Assembly: GCA_964600985.1 (NCBI GenBank)
Contig: CAZRJR010000001.1
Location: 235,534 to 299,533, forward strand
DNA length: 64,000 nt
From: an uncultured Candidatus Saccharibacteria bacterium
GTDB lineage: Bacteria; Patescibacteriota; Saccharimonadia; CAILAD01; JADZBC01
Direction: 5' to 3'
Both the position numbers and the translations under genes were made by a program. A model generated the notes under the pieces. That model searched no databases and was not told where the DNA came from. It was given only the letters and a program-made list of their open reading frames with translations. The first letter of the stretch is position 1, and each line of letters opens with the position of its first letter. Of this stretch, positions 9,302 through 19,972 are shown piece by piece.

Positions 9302-10939
9302 ATGAATAGTAGAGCGGCAAGTCCTTACACGGTTGAGGAATTCACGGCCGATGAGGAGGTGATTCTTCGACGATTCTTCACGAACGTTGATCTGCCAGTT
9401 TTTGCCATCAGCGGTCTACCTGAGGTGGTGTCCGCAGCGCTATTTGCTCGGTACTCGCGTACTCCGAAGAGTCTCCGACGTCTCTTCCTGGATGAGTTCT
9501 ACGAGAATCTCACTCATAATGACGAGACACCCGCGGTTGCGGCTGGTCTGCGACGTGCAAGTGAGTTGTTTGACAAAGTTTTCTTCGAGTATGGAGACGA
9601 CTCAGTTGGGCAGCTGGGGGGCGTGCACTTGGCGTGTGAACAGGCAAGCAACTTGCTTACCAAGATCCTTGAGTGGGGCCGGCTCATGGCGTATTTGGAG
9701 CAGTCCACTCGCTATATCTCCTACGGAGATCGAGTTGACGGCCAGTTCCGCTACTACCGAGATCCAGAGATTCTTGCTCACCCCGTGCTTGGTCCGGATT
9801 ACCTCAGCGTGATGGATGCCACATTCGAGGACTACATCTCCTTGGCGGCTGATCTGTTGCCGGCCTGTATGGAGCTGCATCCCCGCAAGGAAGGAGACAC
9901 CGACGCGGCACATCGTCGGGCGATGCAAGCAAAGGTTCTGGATAACGTCCGGGGGTTGCTGCCCGCAGCAACCGTCTCGAACATGGGCATCTATGGCACT
10001 GGTCAAGCATTCGAGAACATGCTCATGCGTATGCGCAGTTTGGCATTGCCAGAAGCACGCACGTATGCGGACATGATGCTCGCGGAGCTTCGCAAGGTGA
10101 TTAGCCCATTCATGAGTAGGGTTGATTTGCCGGATCGGGGCAACCTCACCAGTGCCTACCTCGAGAGAAATAGAGAGGAAACAAGGCGCTTAGCCGAGCA
10201 GCTTTTGGCCGAGGAAGCAATCGAACCAACGCCTGAAGTCGTGCTGCTTGATTTTGACCCCGACATCGAAGTCAAACTGGTGGCCGCAATTTTGGCTGAG
10301 TCTACCCACTATGGGGAAGCCCAGCTACGTAGTCGTGTTGCTCAAATGTCAGTACAGGATCGACTCGCTGTGCTGATGACCTACTTCGGCGACCGGTCTG
10401 TAAACCGTCGTCATAAGCCGGGTCGGCATCTTGAGCTGGGCATGTATCGCTTTGAGGTGCTGAGCAACTACGGTGCTTTCCGCGACCTCCAACGTCATCG
10501 CATGATGACGATTACCTGGCAGTCGCTTACACCGGTTCACGGTTTTGCAATACCAGCATTGGTTGAGGTGGCTGGGAAGCAAGATCAGTACGTGGCTGTG
10601 TTGGAGCGACAAGCCGGTCTGTACGAACGCCTTGCAGACTCGTTTCCAGAGGACGCTCAACCTCAGTACGCACTCGGGTTTGCCTTCAATATGCGGTACG
10701 CAATTGAGATCAACGCTCGAGCATTGACACATATGCTCGAACTTAGAACTCAAGCCGCTGGTCACGACGACTATCGGCGGGTTTGCCAGGAAATGCATCG
10801 ACAAATCGCACAGTTGCCTGGTCACCAGGCGATTGCAGCGATGATGCGCCATGTTGACTATGACCGCTACGACTTAGGTCGGCTCGCTGCAGAAGAGCGA
10901 CTCGAAGCCAAGCGTGCGGCGCAACTGGACGGCGAGTAG
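9302..10939 (+). CDS. thyX: FAD-dependent thymidylate synthase, long two-domain form
   Basis: ALFARYSR, EQSTRY, FRDLQRHR, ELRT...GH motifs. Confidence 0.92.
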   Translation: MNSRAASPYTVEEFTADEEVILRRFFTNVDLPVFAISGLPEVVSAALFARYSRTPKSLRRLFLDEFYENLTHNDETPAVAAGLRRASELFDKVFFEYGDDSVGQLGGVHLACEQASNLLTKILEWGRLMAYLEQSTRYISYGDRVDGQFRYYRDPEILAHPVLGPDYLSVMDATFEDYISLAADLLPACMELHPRKEGDTDAAHRRAMQAKVLDNVRGLLPAATVSNMGIYGTGQAFENMLMRMRSLALPEARTYADMMLAELRKVISPFMSRVDLPDRGNLTSAYLERNREETRRLAEQLLAEEAIEPTPEVVLLDFDPDIEVKLVAAILAESTHYGEAQLRSRVAQMSVQDRLAVLMTYFGDRSVNRRHKPGRHLELGMYRFEVLSNYGAFRDLQRHRMMTITWQSLTPVHGFAIPALVEVAGKQDQYVAVLERQAGLYERLADSFPEDAQPQYALGFAFNMRYAIEINARALTHMLELRTQAAGHDDYRRVCQEMHRQIAQLPGHQAIAAMMRHVDYDRYDLGRLAAEERLEAKRAAQLDGE

Positions 10940-11002
10940 CCGTAAGTGGCCCTGGGGGAAACTCCGGGGTCACAGCCATTCCTTATACTGTATACTTAGA
11001 CT

Positions 11003-12256
11003 ATGAACAAAATATTCAGTCTTACCAAAAGTGAGTTTGCTCGTCAGCGCGACACCCTTAATTTGATAGCGAGCGAGAACTACCCTTCGCAAAAAGTACT
11101 CGATTTGCTAGGGTCGGTTTGGCAGAATCGCTATAGCGAAGGCTACCCGGGTAAGCGTTACTATGCCGGTCAAGTATATACCGACGAGCTCGAAACATAT
11201 GTGCAACAGTTAGCACTGCGCGCATTCGATCCTACGGGCGAGTACGGCGTAAATGTGCAATTGCTTTCTGGCTCGCCGGCCAATGCCATGGTGTACATGG
11301 CGGCCCTGAACCCCGGCGACACCATATTGAGCATAAAGCTGAGTAATGGTGGGCATCTGAGCCACCTGCATGAAACCAGTGCCTATAATAAGTTTTATAA
11401 ACATGTTACCTACGATGTGGTGGAATCTTCCCCTGGCGTATTTGAGATAGATGTAGCTGACTTCGAAGCCCAGCTTAAAAAGCACAAGCCCCAACTAACT
11501 ATCATTGGCTTTTCCGCTTACCCACGAGCATACGACTGTGCTCGGCTTTGCCGCCTAGCGCACGAGCATGGTAGCTTGGTACTGGCCGACATTGCCCACA
11601 TTGCAGGCTTGGTGGCGGCTGGTTTGCATAGTAGTCCGTTTAGGGCCGACCAAGACGGCGCGGACTACATTACCATGACTACGCACAAAACCTTGCGAGG
11701 TCCACGTGGTGCTCTCGTCTTTGGCAAAAAAGACCATATGGAAATGTTTAATAAGACGGTTTTTCCAGGTACGAGTGGCGGACCACATATGCACCAAGTA
11801 GCCGCTACCGGTCAGGCATTGCTCGAGGTTTTGGGAGAAGACCAGCACCCAGATGGGGTGACATTTGCAACCTACTGCGCGCAAGTAATTAAGAACGCCC
11901 AGGCGTTGGAGCGTGGAGTGCGTTCGGGGGGCCTAACGATCGTGAGCCCCACTCAGACTCACTTAAGCCTAATTCGCTTGCCTGAGGAAAGTGATAGCCT
12001 TGCCGCTCAGCAACAGCTCGAACAGCTGGGCATAGTTCTGAACCGCAATATGGTCTTTAACGATCCTAAATCAGCCTGGCGACCAAGTGGACTCAGGGTA
12101 GGCACAGCGGCACTTACGAGTCGTGGGCTAAACGAGATGCAGGCTGAAGCATTGGGCAGCCTCGTGGCTGGCGTGGTGCAGAGCTCACTAAGCGACAAGC
12201 AAGCTCGCGTCCAGGTGCAAAAGATGGTGAGTGAACTCGCTTGGTGGTACATCTAG
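11003..12256 (+). CDS. glyA: Serine hydroxymethyltransferase
   Basis: LIASEN, YSEGYPGKRYY, TTHKTLRGPRG PLP-lysine motif. Confidence 0.97.
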   Translation: MNKIFSLTKSEFARQRDTLNLIASENYPSQKVLDLLGSVWQNRYSEGYPGKRYYAGQVYTDELETYVQQLALRAFDPTGEYGVNVQLLSGSPANAMVYMAALNPGDTILSIKLSNGGHLSHLHETSAYNKFYKHVTYDVVESSPGVFEIDVADFEAQLKKHKPQLTIIGFSAYPRAYDCARLCRLAHEHGSLVLADIAHIAGLVAAGLHSSPFRADQDGADYITMTTHKTLRGPRGALVFGKKDHMEMFNKTVFPGTSGGPHMHQVAATGQALLEVLGEDQHPDGVTFATYCAQVIKNAQALERGVRSGGLTIVSPTQTHLSLIRLPEESDSLAAQQQLEQLGIVLNRNMVFNDPKSAWRPSGLRVGTAALTSRGLNEMQAEALGSLVAGVVQSSLSDKQARVQVQKMVSELAWWYI

Positions 12257-12311
12257 GCAGCGCCTGGGCATTGACCACAACATAGTAATCTGGTACTATA
12301 CTTGCAGTGAA

Positions 12312-12470
12312 CCAAAGACCGTAGCCGGCAAGCGAACATCGTGTTAGAGCGCTGCCTTAATCTGCTACGAGAGGCGAGAAGCAATATATAGTGTGTAGTA
12401 TGTGATCATATATACACTTAAGGAAGCATTTCAACTCTTTGGTGAACGCCAAAGTTTTTTTGTTTTGTTG
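12312..12470 (+). promoter_or_regulatory. L10 leader (rplJ autoregulatory RNA)
   Basis: AAGACCGTAG...CTACGAGAGG signature downstream of a TTGACC-N17-TACTAT promoter and upstream of rplJ. Confidence 0.75.
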
Positions 12471-12533
12471 GCGCGAGCGCGCTGGTCGAAGGCAAACAAA
12501 GCACCTATCACTATTAACAAAAGGGTTTTCAAT

Positions 12534-13070
12534 ATGGCAAAAACTCGCGAACGAAAAGAAGCTGACGTAGCCAAAATGTCCGAACTCTTTACGAGCTCTA
12601 AGCTCGCAGTGCTAACCGATTACCGTGGCCTCGATGTCCCGGCAATTAACGAACTGCGCTCTAAGCTCAGAGATTCTGGCATTACCTACACAGTTGCTAA
12701 AAACACCCTGGTAAAGCTTGCCCTGGCTAATGCCCCGCAAAAAGACACCGATACTTCGGTACTCACCGGACCAATGGCGATTGCTTTTGGCGCCGACGAA
12801 GTGGTGGCGGCTAAGATTGTGGCGGAGTTTGCTAAGGAGTACGAGGCGCTCGATATTATCGGTGCGATCACCGACGAGGGTGTAGTGCTTACCAAAGCTG
12901 AAGTTAAGGCATTGGCCTCACTGCCAAGCCGCGAGCAGCTCATTGCTCAGTTGGTTGGCACAATTGCTGCACCACTATCTGGCTTTGTGCGAGTGCTTAA
13001 CGGCAACTTATCGGGTATTGTGTACGCAATTTCAGCAATCCAAGAAAAGAAAGCTGCTCAGGCTAGCTAA
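12534..13070 (+). CDS. rplJ: 50S ribosomal protein L10
   Basis: DYRGL, VAKNTL, LPSREQL; true start MAKTRERK at 12534. Confidence 0.97.
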   Translation: MAKTRERKEADVAKMSELFTSSKLAVLTDYRGLDVPAINELRSKLRDSGITYTVAKNTLVKLALANAPQKDTDTSVLTGPMAIAFGADEVVAAKIVAEFAKEYEALDIIGAITDEGVVLTKAEVKALASLPSREQLIAQLVGTIAAPLSGFVRVLNGNLSGIVYAISAIQEKKAAQAS

Positions 13071-13094
13071 CGAAATAACGTAAGGAGAAATATT

Positions 13095-13535
13095 ATGGCA
13101 GACGAAGTAAAAGAAACTGCAGAAGTAGTAGAAGAAAAAGCTAAAACCGAAGTTCCAGAAAAGTTCAAAGGCCTAGTAGGTGAGATCGAAAAGCTCAGCG
13201 TACTTGACTTATCTGAACTCGTTAAAGTACTTGAAGATCACTTTGGTGTAAGCGCTGCTGCCCCTATGGCTGTAGCAGCTGCCCCAGCTGCCGCTGGCGA
13301 AGCTGCCGCCGCGGAAGAGGAAAAGGCTAATTACGATATTGTTCTTACCGCCGCTGGCGACAAGAAGATCGAAGTGATTAAGGCTGTTCGAGAAATCTCT
13401 GGCCTTGGTTTGGCTGAGAGTAAAGCGCTTGTAGATGCTGCGCCAAAGACGGTTAAGGAAGCTGCTCCTAGGGCAGAGGCCGACGAAGCTAAGGCTAAGC
13501 TTGAAGCTGCCGGTGCTACCGTAGAGCTTCAGTAA
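13095..13535 (+). CDS. rplL: 50S ribosomal protein L7/L12
   Basis: Ala-rich hinge, [20 protein letters not shown]. Confidence 0.98.
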   Translation: MADEVKETAEVVEEKAKTEVPEKFKGLVGEIEKLSVLDLSELVKVLEDHFGVSAAAPMAVAAAPAAAGEAAAAEEEKANYDIVLTAAGDKKIEVIKAVREISGLGLAESKALVDAAPKTVKEAAPRAEADEAKAKLEAAGATVELQ

Positions 13536-13552
13536 GCTTTACGCAGTTCTAG

Positions 13553-13591
13553 CAAAAAAGAGGCCCTGGAGAGATCCGGGTCACTTTTTTG
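13553..13591 (+). terminator. Intrinsic terminator after rplL
   Basis: Imperfect GC stem flanked by A and T tracts. Confidence 0.65.
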
Positions 13592-13683
13592 TGTTGACTC
13601 AACTAGTGAAGAATAATCGCTCACCAGGTTGGCATTTTGTAACTAAAGTGTTACACTAAGGCAAATCAGATAAAACATATCTT

Positions 13684-14232
13684 ATGACAGAAAAAGACAA
13701 ACAACAGATAAATCTTCAGGCATTGGCTAACCAGCTTGAATCGGCCGAGTCAAGCTTACGTGAGGTGCATCGTCTCATTCAGGAGCTGGGGGTAAAGCCA
13801 GAGGATCTACCAGAGCCCAAGGCTGCTCGTGCACCACGGGCTCCGCAAGGCGTAACGGCCGTGGCAGGCAAGGTGATCGAGGGCAAGTTCGACGGACAGC
13901 ATATGATTGGGGCCGACAGTAAGTCTTACCCAGTGCCAGCCAACTATGCCTCTAAGTCAAAGCTCGTTGAGGGCGACACACTCAAGCTCACCATTGCCGA
14001 AGATGGCTCATTTATTTATAAGCAAATTGGTCCGATTGAGCGCAAAAAGTTGATCGGCAAGCTCATACTCGAAGATGGCCAGTACAGGGTAGAAGCCGGT
14101 GGTCAGCGCTATAATGTATTGTTTGCAAGCGTCACGTACTTTAAGGGCAATCCAGGAGACGAGGTAACGATCGTAACGCCAGCAAATGGCCAGGCATCTT
14201 GGGCGGCGATCGAAGCAATTATTGGTGCTTAG
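13684..14232 (+). CDS. Conserved hypothetical protein (CPR-type)
   Basis: IEGKFDGQHM...YPVPANYASKSKLVEGD..KL..F.YKQIGP, recalled as a CPR-conserved family. Confidence 0.75.
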   Translation: MTEKDKQQINLQALANQLESAESSLREVHRLIQELGVKPEDLPEPKAARAPRAPQGVTAVAGKVIEGKFDGQHMIGADSKSYPVPANYASKSKLVEGDTLKLTIAEDGSFIYKQIGPIERKKLIGKLILEDGQYRVEAGGQRYNVLFASVTYFKGNPGDEVTIVTPANGQASWAAIEAIIGA

Positions 14233-14320
14233 CTGTCCGTTAAGCGCGTGCTTCACTTGTAGATGTGGCGCTCCGGGCGCTATAATAAGTATGACGAATT
14301 AGAAGTGAACTGGAGGGGTT

Positions 14321-15781
14321 TTGTCTCGTATTGCGTTATATCGCAAATATCGTTCGGCCGACTTTGCCGATGTGGTGGGCCAGCAGCACGTTACTCGCAC
14401 GCTCGAAGCTGCCGTGCAACGTGGGCTGATTAGCCATGCTTACTTGCTGACCGGTCCGCGTGGTGTGGGTAAAACAAGCATCGCGCGGATACTGGCTCGA
14501 CGAGTCAATGAGCTGCCGTTAGACGCCGACATAGGCCGCGAGCTAGACATCATCGAGATCGATGCTGCCTCTAACCGTGGAATAGACGAGATGCGTTCAT
14601 TGCGCGAAAAGATCGTGAGTGCACCAACGACTTTGCGATACAAGGTATACATAGTCGACGAGGTACATATGCTCACGCGCGAGGCGTTCAATGCCCTGCT
14701 CAAGACGCTCGAAGAGCCACCAGCTCATGCGATTTTTATCCTTGCTACCACCGAAGCACACAAGTTACCCGAGACTATCATCTCGCGCACCCAGCGCTTT
14801 GATCTGCGGCCCATTACCGAGGCTGACCTGGTGAGCCGACTTGCAGTAATTGCCGAAAGCGAGGGGATTAGCATAGAGCAGCCTGCTCTCAAGATGATCG
14901 CTCACGCTAGTAGGGGCGGCTTTCGCGATGCCATAAGCCTGCTAGATCAGCTGTCGGTTGCGAATGAGAGTATAGGTGTACAGCACGTGGCGGCTACGCT
15001 TGGCATGGTGGCAGAAGAGGATATTCAGGCACTGCTCGCTGCGATGGGCAAACATGATACAGTAACCTTATTCGCGCAGCTAGAAGCGATGATCGGTGCG
15101 GGCAATGATCCCCAGAGCCTTACAAGACAGCTTTTAGACGCGCTACGAATCAGTCTTATAGCGCGGGTCGGGAAGAAGTCTACAGATACTAAGTTGTCAC
15201 TGGACCAGATTGCTTGGGCTGTAAGCTGTTTAACCAAGGCCATGGCGGATTTTAAGATAACCCAGCATTATAGCTTGCCACTGGAGCTTGCCCTATACCG
15301 AGCTACTCAGCAGTCAGGGGTTGGTACTGCAATCCAGACGAAAGCTAAGTCGCACGTGGCGACTCAACCGTCCGCTTCGCCTACGCCCCAGACTACTTCG
15401 CCGTCACCACAAGCCAGCAAATCTAAACCCAGCCGGCAGCCCGAGGTGGTGAATGTTGACACCGAGAGTCTATGCACCAAAGGACTGAGCTTAATCAAGG
15501 AACGTAATAATTCGCTTTATGCGGTGATGCGCTCAGCTAACCCGCGGATGGAGGGTGATACCCTGGTTTTGGAATGTCGGTTTAGTTTTCATAAGGAGCG
15601 CATCGAGGAACAAAAGAACCGGATGCTGATCGAGCAGATTATGAGCAAAACCTTTGGCCACGACATCACGCTCGATTGTCGTTTGAGCAAGCCAGAAACT
15701 ACGCACAGTGAAGTTGATAGCGAAAAGGAGCTAGTGGCTTCAGCACTCGAAATATTGGGAGGTGAGGTGGTAAATGGCTAA
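14321..15781 (+). CDS. dnaX: DNA polymerase III subunit gamma/tau
   Basis: LYRKYR, GPRGVGKT, EIDAASN, DEVHML, LLKTLEEPP. Confidence 0.97.
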   Translation: MSRIALYRKYRSADFADVVGQQHVTRTLEAAVQRGLISHAYLLTGPRGVGKTSIARILARRVNELPLDADIGRELDIIEIDAASNRGIDEMRSLREKIVSAPTTLRYKVYIVDEVHMLTREAFNALLKTLEEPPAHAIFILATTEAHKLPETIISRTQRFDLRPITEADLVSRLAVIAESEGISIEQPALKMIAHASRGGFRDAISLLDQLSVANESIGVQHVAATLGMVAEEDIQALLAAMGKHDTVTLFAQLEAMIGAGNDPQSLTRQLLDALRISLIARVGKKSTDTKLSLDQIAWAVSCLTKAMADFKITQHYSLPLELALYRATQQSGVGTAIQTKAKSHVATQPSASPTPQTTSPSPQASKSKPSRQPEVVNVDTESLCTKGLSLIKERNNSLYAVMRSANPRMEGDTLVLECRFSFHKERIEEQKNRMLIEQIMSKTFGHDITLDCRLSKPETTHSEVDSEKELVASALEILGGEVVNG

Positions 15782-17132
15782 GGCTGCTGCTACAACTAAG
15801 TCGGGCGATAAGCTCCCACCGCAGAATTTGCAGGCCGAGGCTAGTTTGCTTGGCTCCCTTATGCTGGACAAGGACGCTATTATTAAAGTGGCCGATGTCG
15901 TGCATGGTGATGACTTTTACGCCACCAAGAACCGACTTATTTTCGAAGCAATCTTGAGCTTATATGAAAAGCGTGAGCCACTCGATGTGGTTACACTTTC
16001 TAACAAGCTTGAAACCATGGGCGAGCTAGAAAACGTTGGTGGGGCTACCTACCTAACTAGTTTGGTTAATGGCGTGCCGTCGGCAGCCCATGTTGCCAAC
16101 TATGGCCAGATTGTGGCTCAAAAGGCTACACTACGTCGGCTGATCACGGCTGCCAACATGATTGGCAACATGGCTTACGATGAAGATCAACCCCTCGATG
16201 GGCTGCTCGACGGCGCAGAGCAGGTACTATTTGATGTGTCGCAAAAACATCTCAAACAGAACTTTACTTCGATGAAGGAAGTACTGGCTGATAGCTTTGA
16301 CCGACTTGACTCGCTCCACAAAGACAAAGGTAAGCTGCGCGGTTTGCCAACTGGCTTCCGGGGCTTGGACAACATCTTAGCTGGGCTGCAGAAGTCAGAC
16401 CTGCTTATATTGGCTGCACGACCGGCTATGGGCAAGTCTACCTTGGCGTTAAACATTGCCCAAAATGTGGCAATTAAGCAGGGTGTCCCGGTCGGGGTAT
16501 TTAGTTTAGAAATGAGTAAAGAGCAACTAGTAGACCGCCTATTGGCAGCTGAAGCAGGCATTGACTCATGGCGTTTACGCACGGGTAATTTGGAAGATAA
16601 AGACTTCGAAAAACTCAATAAAGCCATGGGTACCTTGGCGGAAGCACCGATATACTTTGACGATTCGGCGATGGCGAATGTAATGGAAATGCGTACCAAA
16701 GCACGACGCTTGCAAAGCGAGAATGATTTGGGCTTGATCGTTATCGACTATTTGCAGCTTATGAGTGGGCGCAATAACGGTGGCGAAAACCGAGTGCAGG
16801 AAATATCAGAAATCTCTCGTGGACTTAAGGGTTTAGCGCGTGAGTTAGACATCCCGGTTATTGCACTGTCGCAGCTGTCACGCGAAGTAGAGAAGCGCAG
16901 CCCACAAATACCCCAGCTATCTGATTTGCGGGAGTCGGGCTCGATCGAGCAGGACGCGGACGTAGTTATGTTTATTTACCGTGACGAATACTACCATCCG
17001 CAAGATACCGAGAAGCCCAACACGGCCGAAATTATCATTGCCAAGCACCGTAACGGACCGACTGGACATGTGGATCTTTACTTCAAAGCTGACGAAATGC
17101 GCTTTAAGAACCTCGACAAAGCTCATTCTTAG
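15774..17132 (+). CDS. dnaB: Replicative DNA helicase
   Basis: AARPAMGKS, IDYLQL, DLRESGSIEQDAD, KHRNGPTG; no intein. Confidence 0.98.
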   Translation: MAKAAATTKSGDKLPPQNLQAEASLLGSLMLDKDAIIKVADVVHGDDFYATKNRLIFEAILSLYEKREPLDVVTLSNKLETMGELENVGGATYLTSLVNGVPSAAHVANYGQIVAQKATLRRLITAANMIGNMAYDEDQPLDGLLDGAEQVLFDVSQKHLKQNFTSMKEVLADSFDRLDSLHKDKGKLRGLPTGFRGLDNILAGLQKSDLLILAARPAMGKSTLALNIAQNVAIKQGVPVGVFSLEMSKEQLVDRLLAAEAGIDSWRLRTGNLEDKDFEKLNKAMGTLAEAPIYFDDSAMANVMEMRTKARRLQSENDLGLIVIDYLQLMSGRNNGGENRVQEISEISRGLKGLARELDIPVIALSQLSREVEKRSPQIPQLSDLRESGSIEQDADVVMFIYRDEYYHPQDTEKPNTAEIIIAKHRNGPTGHVDLYFKADEMRFKNLDKAHS

Positions 17133-17195
17133 CTCATTTACTAATTACTACGAATTCCAGTATAATGTGGAGTAACTAAAAGCATAAGGATTACG

Positions 17196-17672
17196 GTGGG
17201 TAAGAGGCAGGTTTTGCGAGCAAAGATAACAGGTGAGGTGGGGCGGTTTGGTCTAGTCGGAGTACTTAATACTTTGCTCGACATTGTACTGGTGAATATC
17301 CTGACACAAATTTTTGGAGTCGCACTCATTGCGGCTGGACTCATCTCTGGCACCGTCGCCATGATTAATAGCTTTATATTTAACCAGCGCTTTACCTTTA
17401 AGGTTCGCAAAGTGTCACCAGCTCGCACCCTGTACTTCTTCGCTATTACAATGTTCGGGCTATATGTAATCCGCCCGCTTATTCTGCAGTTCTTTACTAA
17501 GCAGTGGCTAAGTCCGGGTGAGCTTGTTTACAGCGTTACAAGTGCCCTACACTTGCCATTTAGTCATAGCTTTGATGTAAATAATTTTGCTTTAGCCATG
17601 GCAATCATTGTGGTGTTGGGTTATAACTTTATAATGTACCGCAAGTTTGTATTTATAAAGGACGAGGCGTGA
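17196..17672 (+). CDS. GtrA-family flippase-like protein
   Basis: RFGLVGVLNT..D, NSFIFNQRFTF, NFIMYRKFVF. Confidence 0.9.
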   Translation: MGKRQVLRAKITGEVGRFGLVGVLNTLLDIVLVNILTQIFGVALIAAGLISGTVAMINSFIFNQRFTFKVRKVSPARTLYFFAITMFGLYVIRPLILQFFTKQWLSPGELVYSVTSALHLPFSHSFDVNNFALAMAIIVVLGYNFIMYRKFVFIKDEA

Positions 17673-19216
17673 AGGGTAAATCAGCTCTCAGTGGTCTGAA
17701 TAAATGGCTCGGCACTGTGCTTCTGGTTGCAATAATGGTATTAGCTGCGACGTTTAGGCTGTATCAACTTTCGAGTTTGCCACCTGGTATACATCCGAGC
17801 GAAGCAGGCTGGGCAGTGGTCTCATTTAAGCTTGCCCAAAATCACTCATTCGGCACATTACTGGGTAACTCAATGACCGGCTTTGCCGCGCCAGTGGCTG
17901 CTGGCGCTATTGTAGCTAGTGTAGTGAAATCTTTCGTGGCCCTTCGGTATCTCAACGCAGTTTGGGGTGTCCTTATGGTGCTCGGATTGTATTTGTGGAT
18001 CAAAGACGGCTTTGGGCGTAGAGCGGCACTATTGGCAAGCTTGGTTGCTGCTATAAGCCCCTGGGCAGTAACCTTGTCGCGAAACGTCTGGCCCATTAAC
18101 TTAGCTCTCGCGGCTCTCGTTTGGCTGTGTTTCTTTGCTCAACGCGCATACAAGACTGGCAAATGGGGCTATACGTTGGCAGCAGCTGGCACCATGATCC
18201 TTGGCTGTTTTAGCGCACGAGTTTTTTGGGTGGTACCAGTACTATTTTTGCTTTATGCCATTATACTTTTAGCCAAAGGCAAGTTAGGTAAGCTTAAAGC
18301 CCAAAGCTCAGTAGTAACTGTGGCTTTTATGTTGTTCGCAGTAGTGCCATTAGTTGTACTGGGGTTCCTAGGCAAAGGTAGTCCTGCAGCTGGATTAGTG
18401 CGCACTAATTTATCTCATACCGAAGGGTCAGTGGGTGTAGTTAAGGTAAGCCTGGAGAACGCCGGCAAAACTGCACTAATGTTCTTTACCGCTGGGGATG
18501 AAGACTACAGTAGAAACTTGGGCGGCTTGCCAATGTTCAATACCTTCGCCGGGCTTATGCTCTTACTCGGCGTGCTCTTAGCAGTTAAATACCGTCACCG
18601 CTTCGGCTACATGTTTGTGGTAATGGGTTTTGGGGCACTACTGCTTCCGGCAATCATTGGCGTGGGTGTATCGGCGCCCGATGCCTATAGATCGGCCCTA
18701 GCTATGCCATTTGCCTTTGCGCTCGCAGGACTTGGCACTAACTACCTACTAACCCGCTGGTATATGATGTTCCCCATCAATACTACGGCCCGCAACCTTG
18801 GATTAAGCTTTGTGTTGCTCCTTATGTTGCTCTCGGCTTACCAGGGATACCGGCAGTACTTCATCGCCTGGGCGCAGGATCCTCTTACAGTTAGAGCATA
18901 TCGTGACGACCTAGTCTCGGTGGCGGACTATCAAAAGCAACAATCTGGCAAAGTCTATGTAGTGGCTACAGGCGAGGAACTAGCAGTTGTAGCGGCTCAT
19001 AACACCTCTGGGGTAGCAGATGGATTGGGCGGTAGTATAGAGGGCCTCGAGCAGCTGCCTCTAAGCTCAAAACCTCGTTATGTTGTAATTCCTCGCGGCG
19101 ATAAGCAAGCCAGTATAAAACAGCGTGTGGCGGCTAAATTCCCAGGCGGTAAGTTTGTGGCGCAAAATTCAACCTTTGACGATGCGCCGGCATTCGTGTG
19201 GTACAAAACACCATGA
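17669..19216 (+). CDS. GT-C fold membrane glycosyltransferase (ArnT/PMT-like)
   Basis: RLYQLSSLPPGIHPSEA, AAISPWAVTLSR, many TM segments. Confidence 0.8.
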   Translation: MKGKSALSGLNKWLGTVLLVAIMVLAATFRLYQLSSLPPGIHPSEAGWAVVSFKLAQNHSFGTLLGNSMTGFAAPVAAGAIVASVVKSFVALRYLNAVWGVLMVLGLYLWIKDGFGRRAALLASLVAAISPWAVTLSRNVWPINLALAALVWLCFFAQRAYKTGKWGYTLAAAGTMILGCFSARVFWVVPVLFLLYAIILLAKGKLGKLKAQSSVVTVAFMLFAVVPLVVLGFLGKGSPAAGLVRTNLSHTEGSVGVVKVSLENAGKTALMFFTAGDEDYSRNLGGLPMFNTFAGLMLLLGVLLAVKYRHRFGYMFVVMGFGALLLPAIIGVGVSAPDAYRSALAMPFAFALAGLGTNYLLTRWYMMFPINTTARNLGLSFVLLLMLLSAYQGYRQYFIAWAQDPLTVRAYRDDLVSVADYQKQQSGKVYVVATGEELAVVAAHNTSGVADGLGGSIEGLEQLPLSSKPRYVVIPRGDKQASIKQRVAAKFPGGKFVAQNSTFDDAPAFVWYKTP

Positions 19217-19965
19217 CACAGCCCGAGCTTTCTATTATCATTCCTGCCTACAACGAGGCGGAGCGAATCGGCGAATCAATAGCAAGCTTAGCTAAGTTTC
19301 TGACGTCGCGTAACTACGGCGAAGTAGAGGTAATTATAATATCCCAGGATCCACATACTCACCGGCTGGCTGCGCTGGAGTGTAAAGATCATAAGGGGTT
19401 CCGTAGCATGGAGCTGCGAGAACGGGCCGGCAAGGGCGGTGCTGTGCGGATTGGTATCTACGAGGCCAAGGGTCGCTATAAGTTGTTTATGGATGCTGAT
19501 TTGGCGACGCCGCTACATCATTTAGATGAGGTGAGACAATACATGGAGAAGGGTAGCGATGTAATCATTGGTGTACGCCATATTAATGTAACCCATACGG
19601 GAGTACGTAAATTCATCTCCGAGTTTGGTAACTTACTTACGCGAGTGTTGCTTACGCCGGGGATTAAAGACACACAGTGCGGTTTTAAAGCCTTTGAGGC
19701 GGAGGTAGCAACCCAGCTATTCGGTCGCCAGCAAATTACTGGCTGGGCGTTCGATATGGAGATTCTCGCCATAGCCCATAAGCTTAAGTATAAGATCGAT
19801 GTTATTACTGCCGACGATTGGCATGATCCTAAGACCGAAGGTCTTGTAGGAGACAGCAACGCCAAGGCTGCTATTGAGTCAGGTATAGATATGCTCAAAA
19901 TTAAGTGGCGCATGATCACCGGGCAATACAAACGCATTAGCTTTCGCTATAACCCCAAAAATTAA
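19213..19965 (+). CDS. GT2 polyprenol-phosphate glycosyltransferase (Dol-P-Glc synthase-like)
   Basis: SIIIPAYNE, GKGGAV, FMDADLAT, DTQCGFK, WAFDMEIL. Confidence 0.92.
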   Translation: MTQPELSIIIPAYNEAERIGESIASLAKFLTSRNYGEVEVIIISQDPHTHRLAALECKDHKGFRSMELRERAGKGGAVRIGIYEAKGRYKLFMDADLATPLHHLDEVRQYMEKGSDVIIGVRHINVTHTGVRKFISEFGNLLTRVLLTPGIKDTQCGFKAFEAEVATQLFGRQQITGWAFDMEILAIAHKLKYKIDVITADDWHDPKTEGLVGDSNAKAAIESGIDMLKIKWRMITGQYKRISFRYNPKN

Positions 19966-19972
19966 CCGAGGT

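Noticed and set aside
12402-12533. N-terminal extension of L10 in the ORF track
   Set aside because: It lies in the L10 leader; the conserved protein starts at 12534.
14321-15781. Programmed frameshift in dnaX
   Set aside because: No A-AAA-AAG or long A-run slippery site seen at the expected position.
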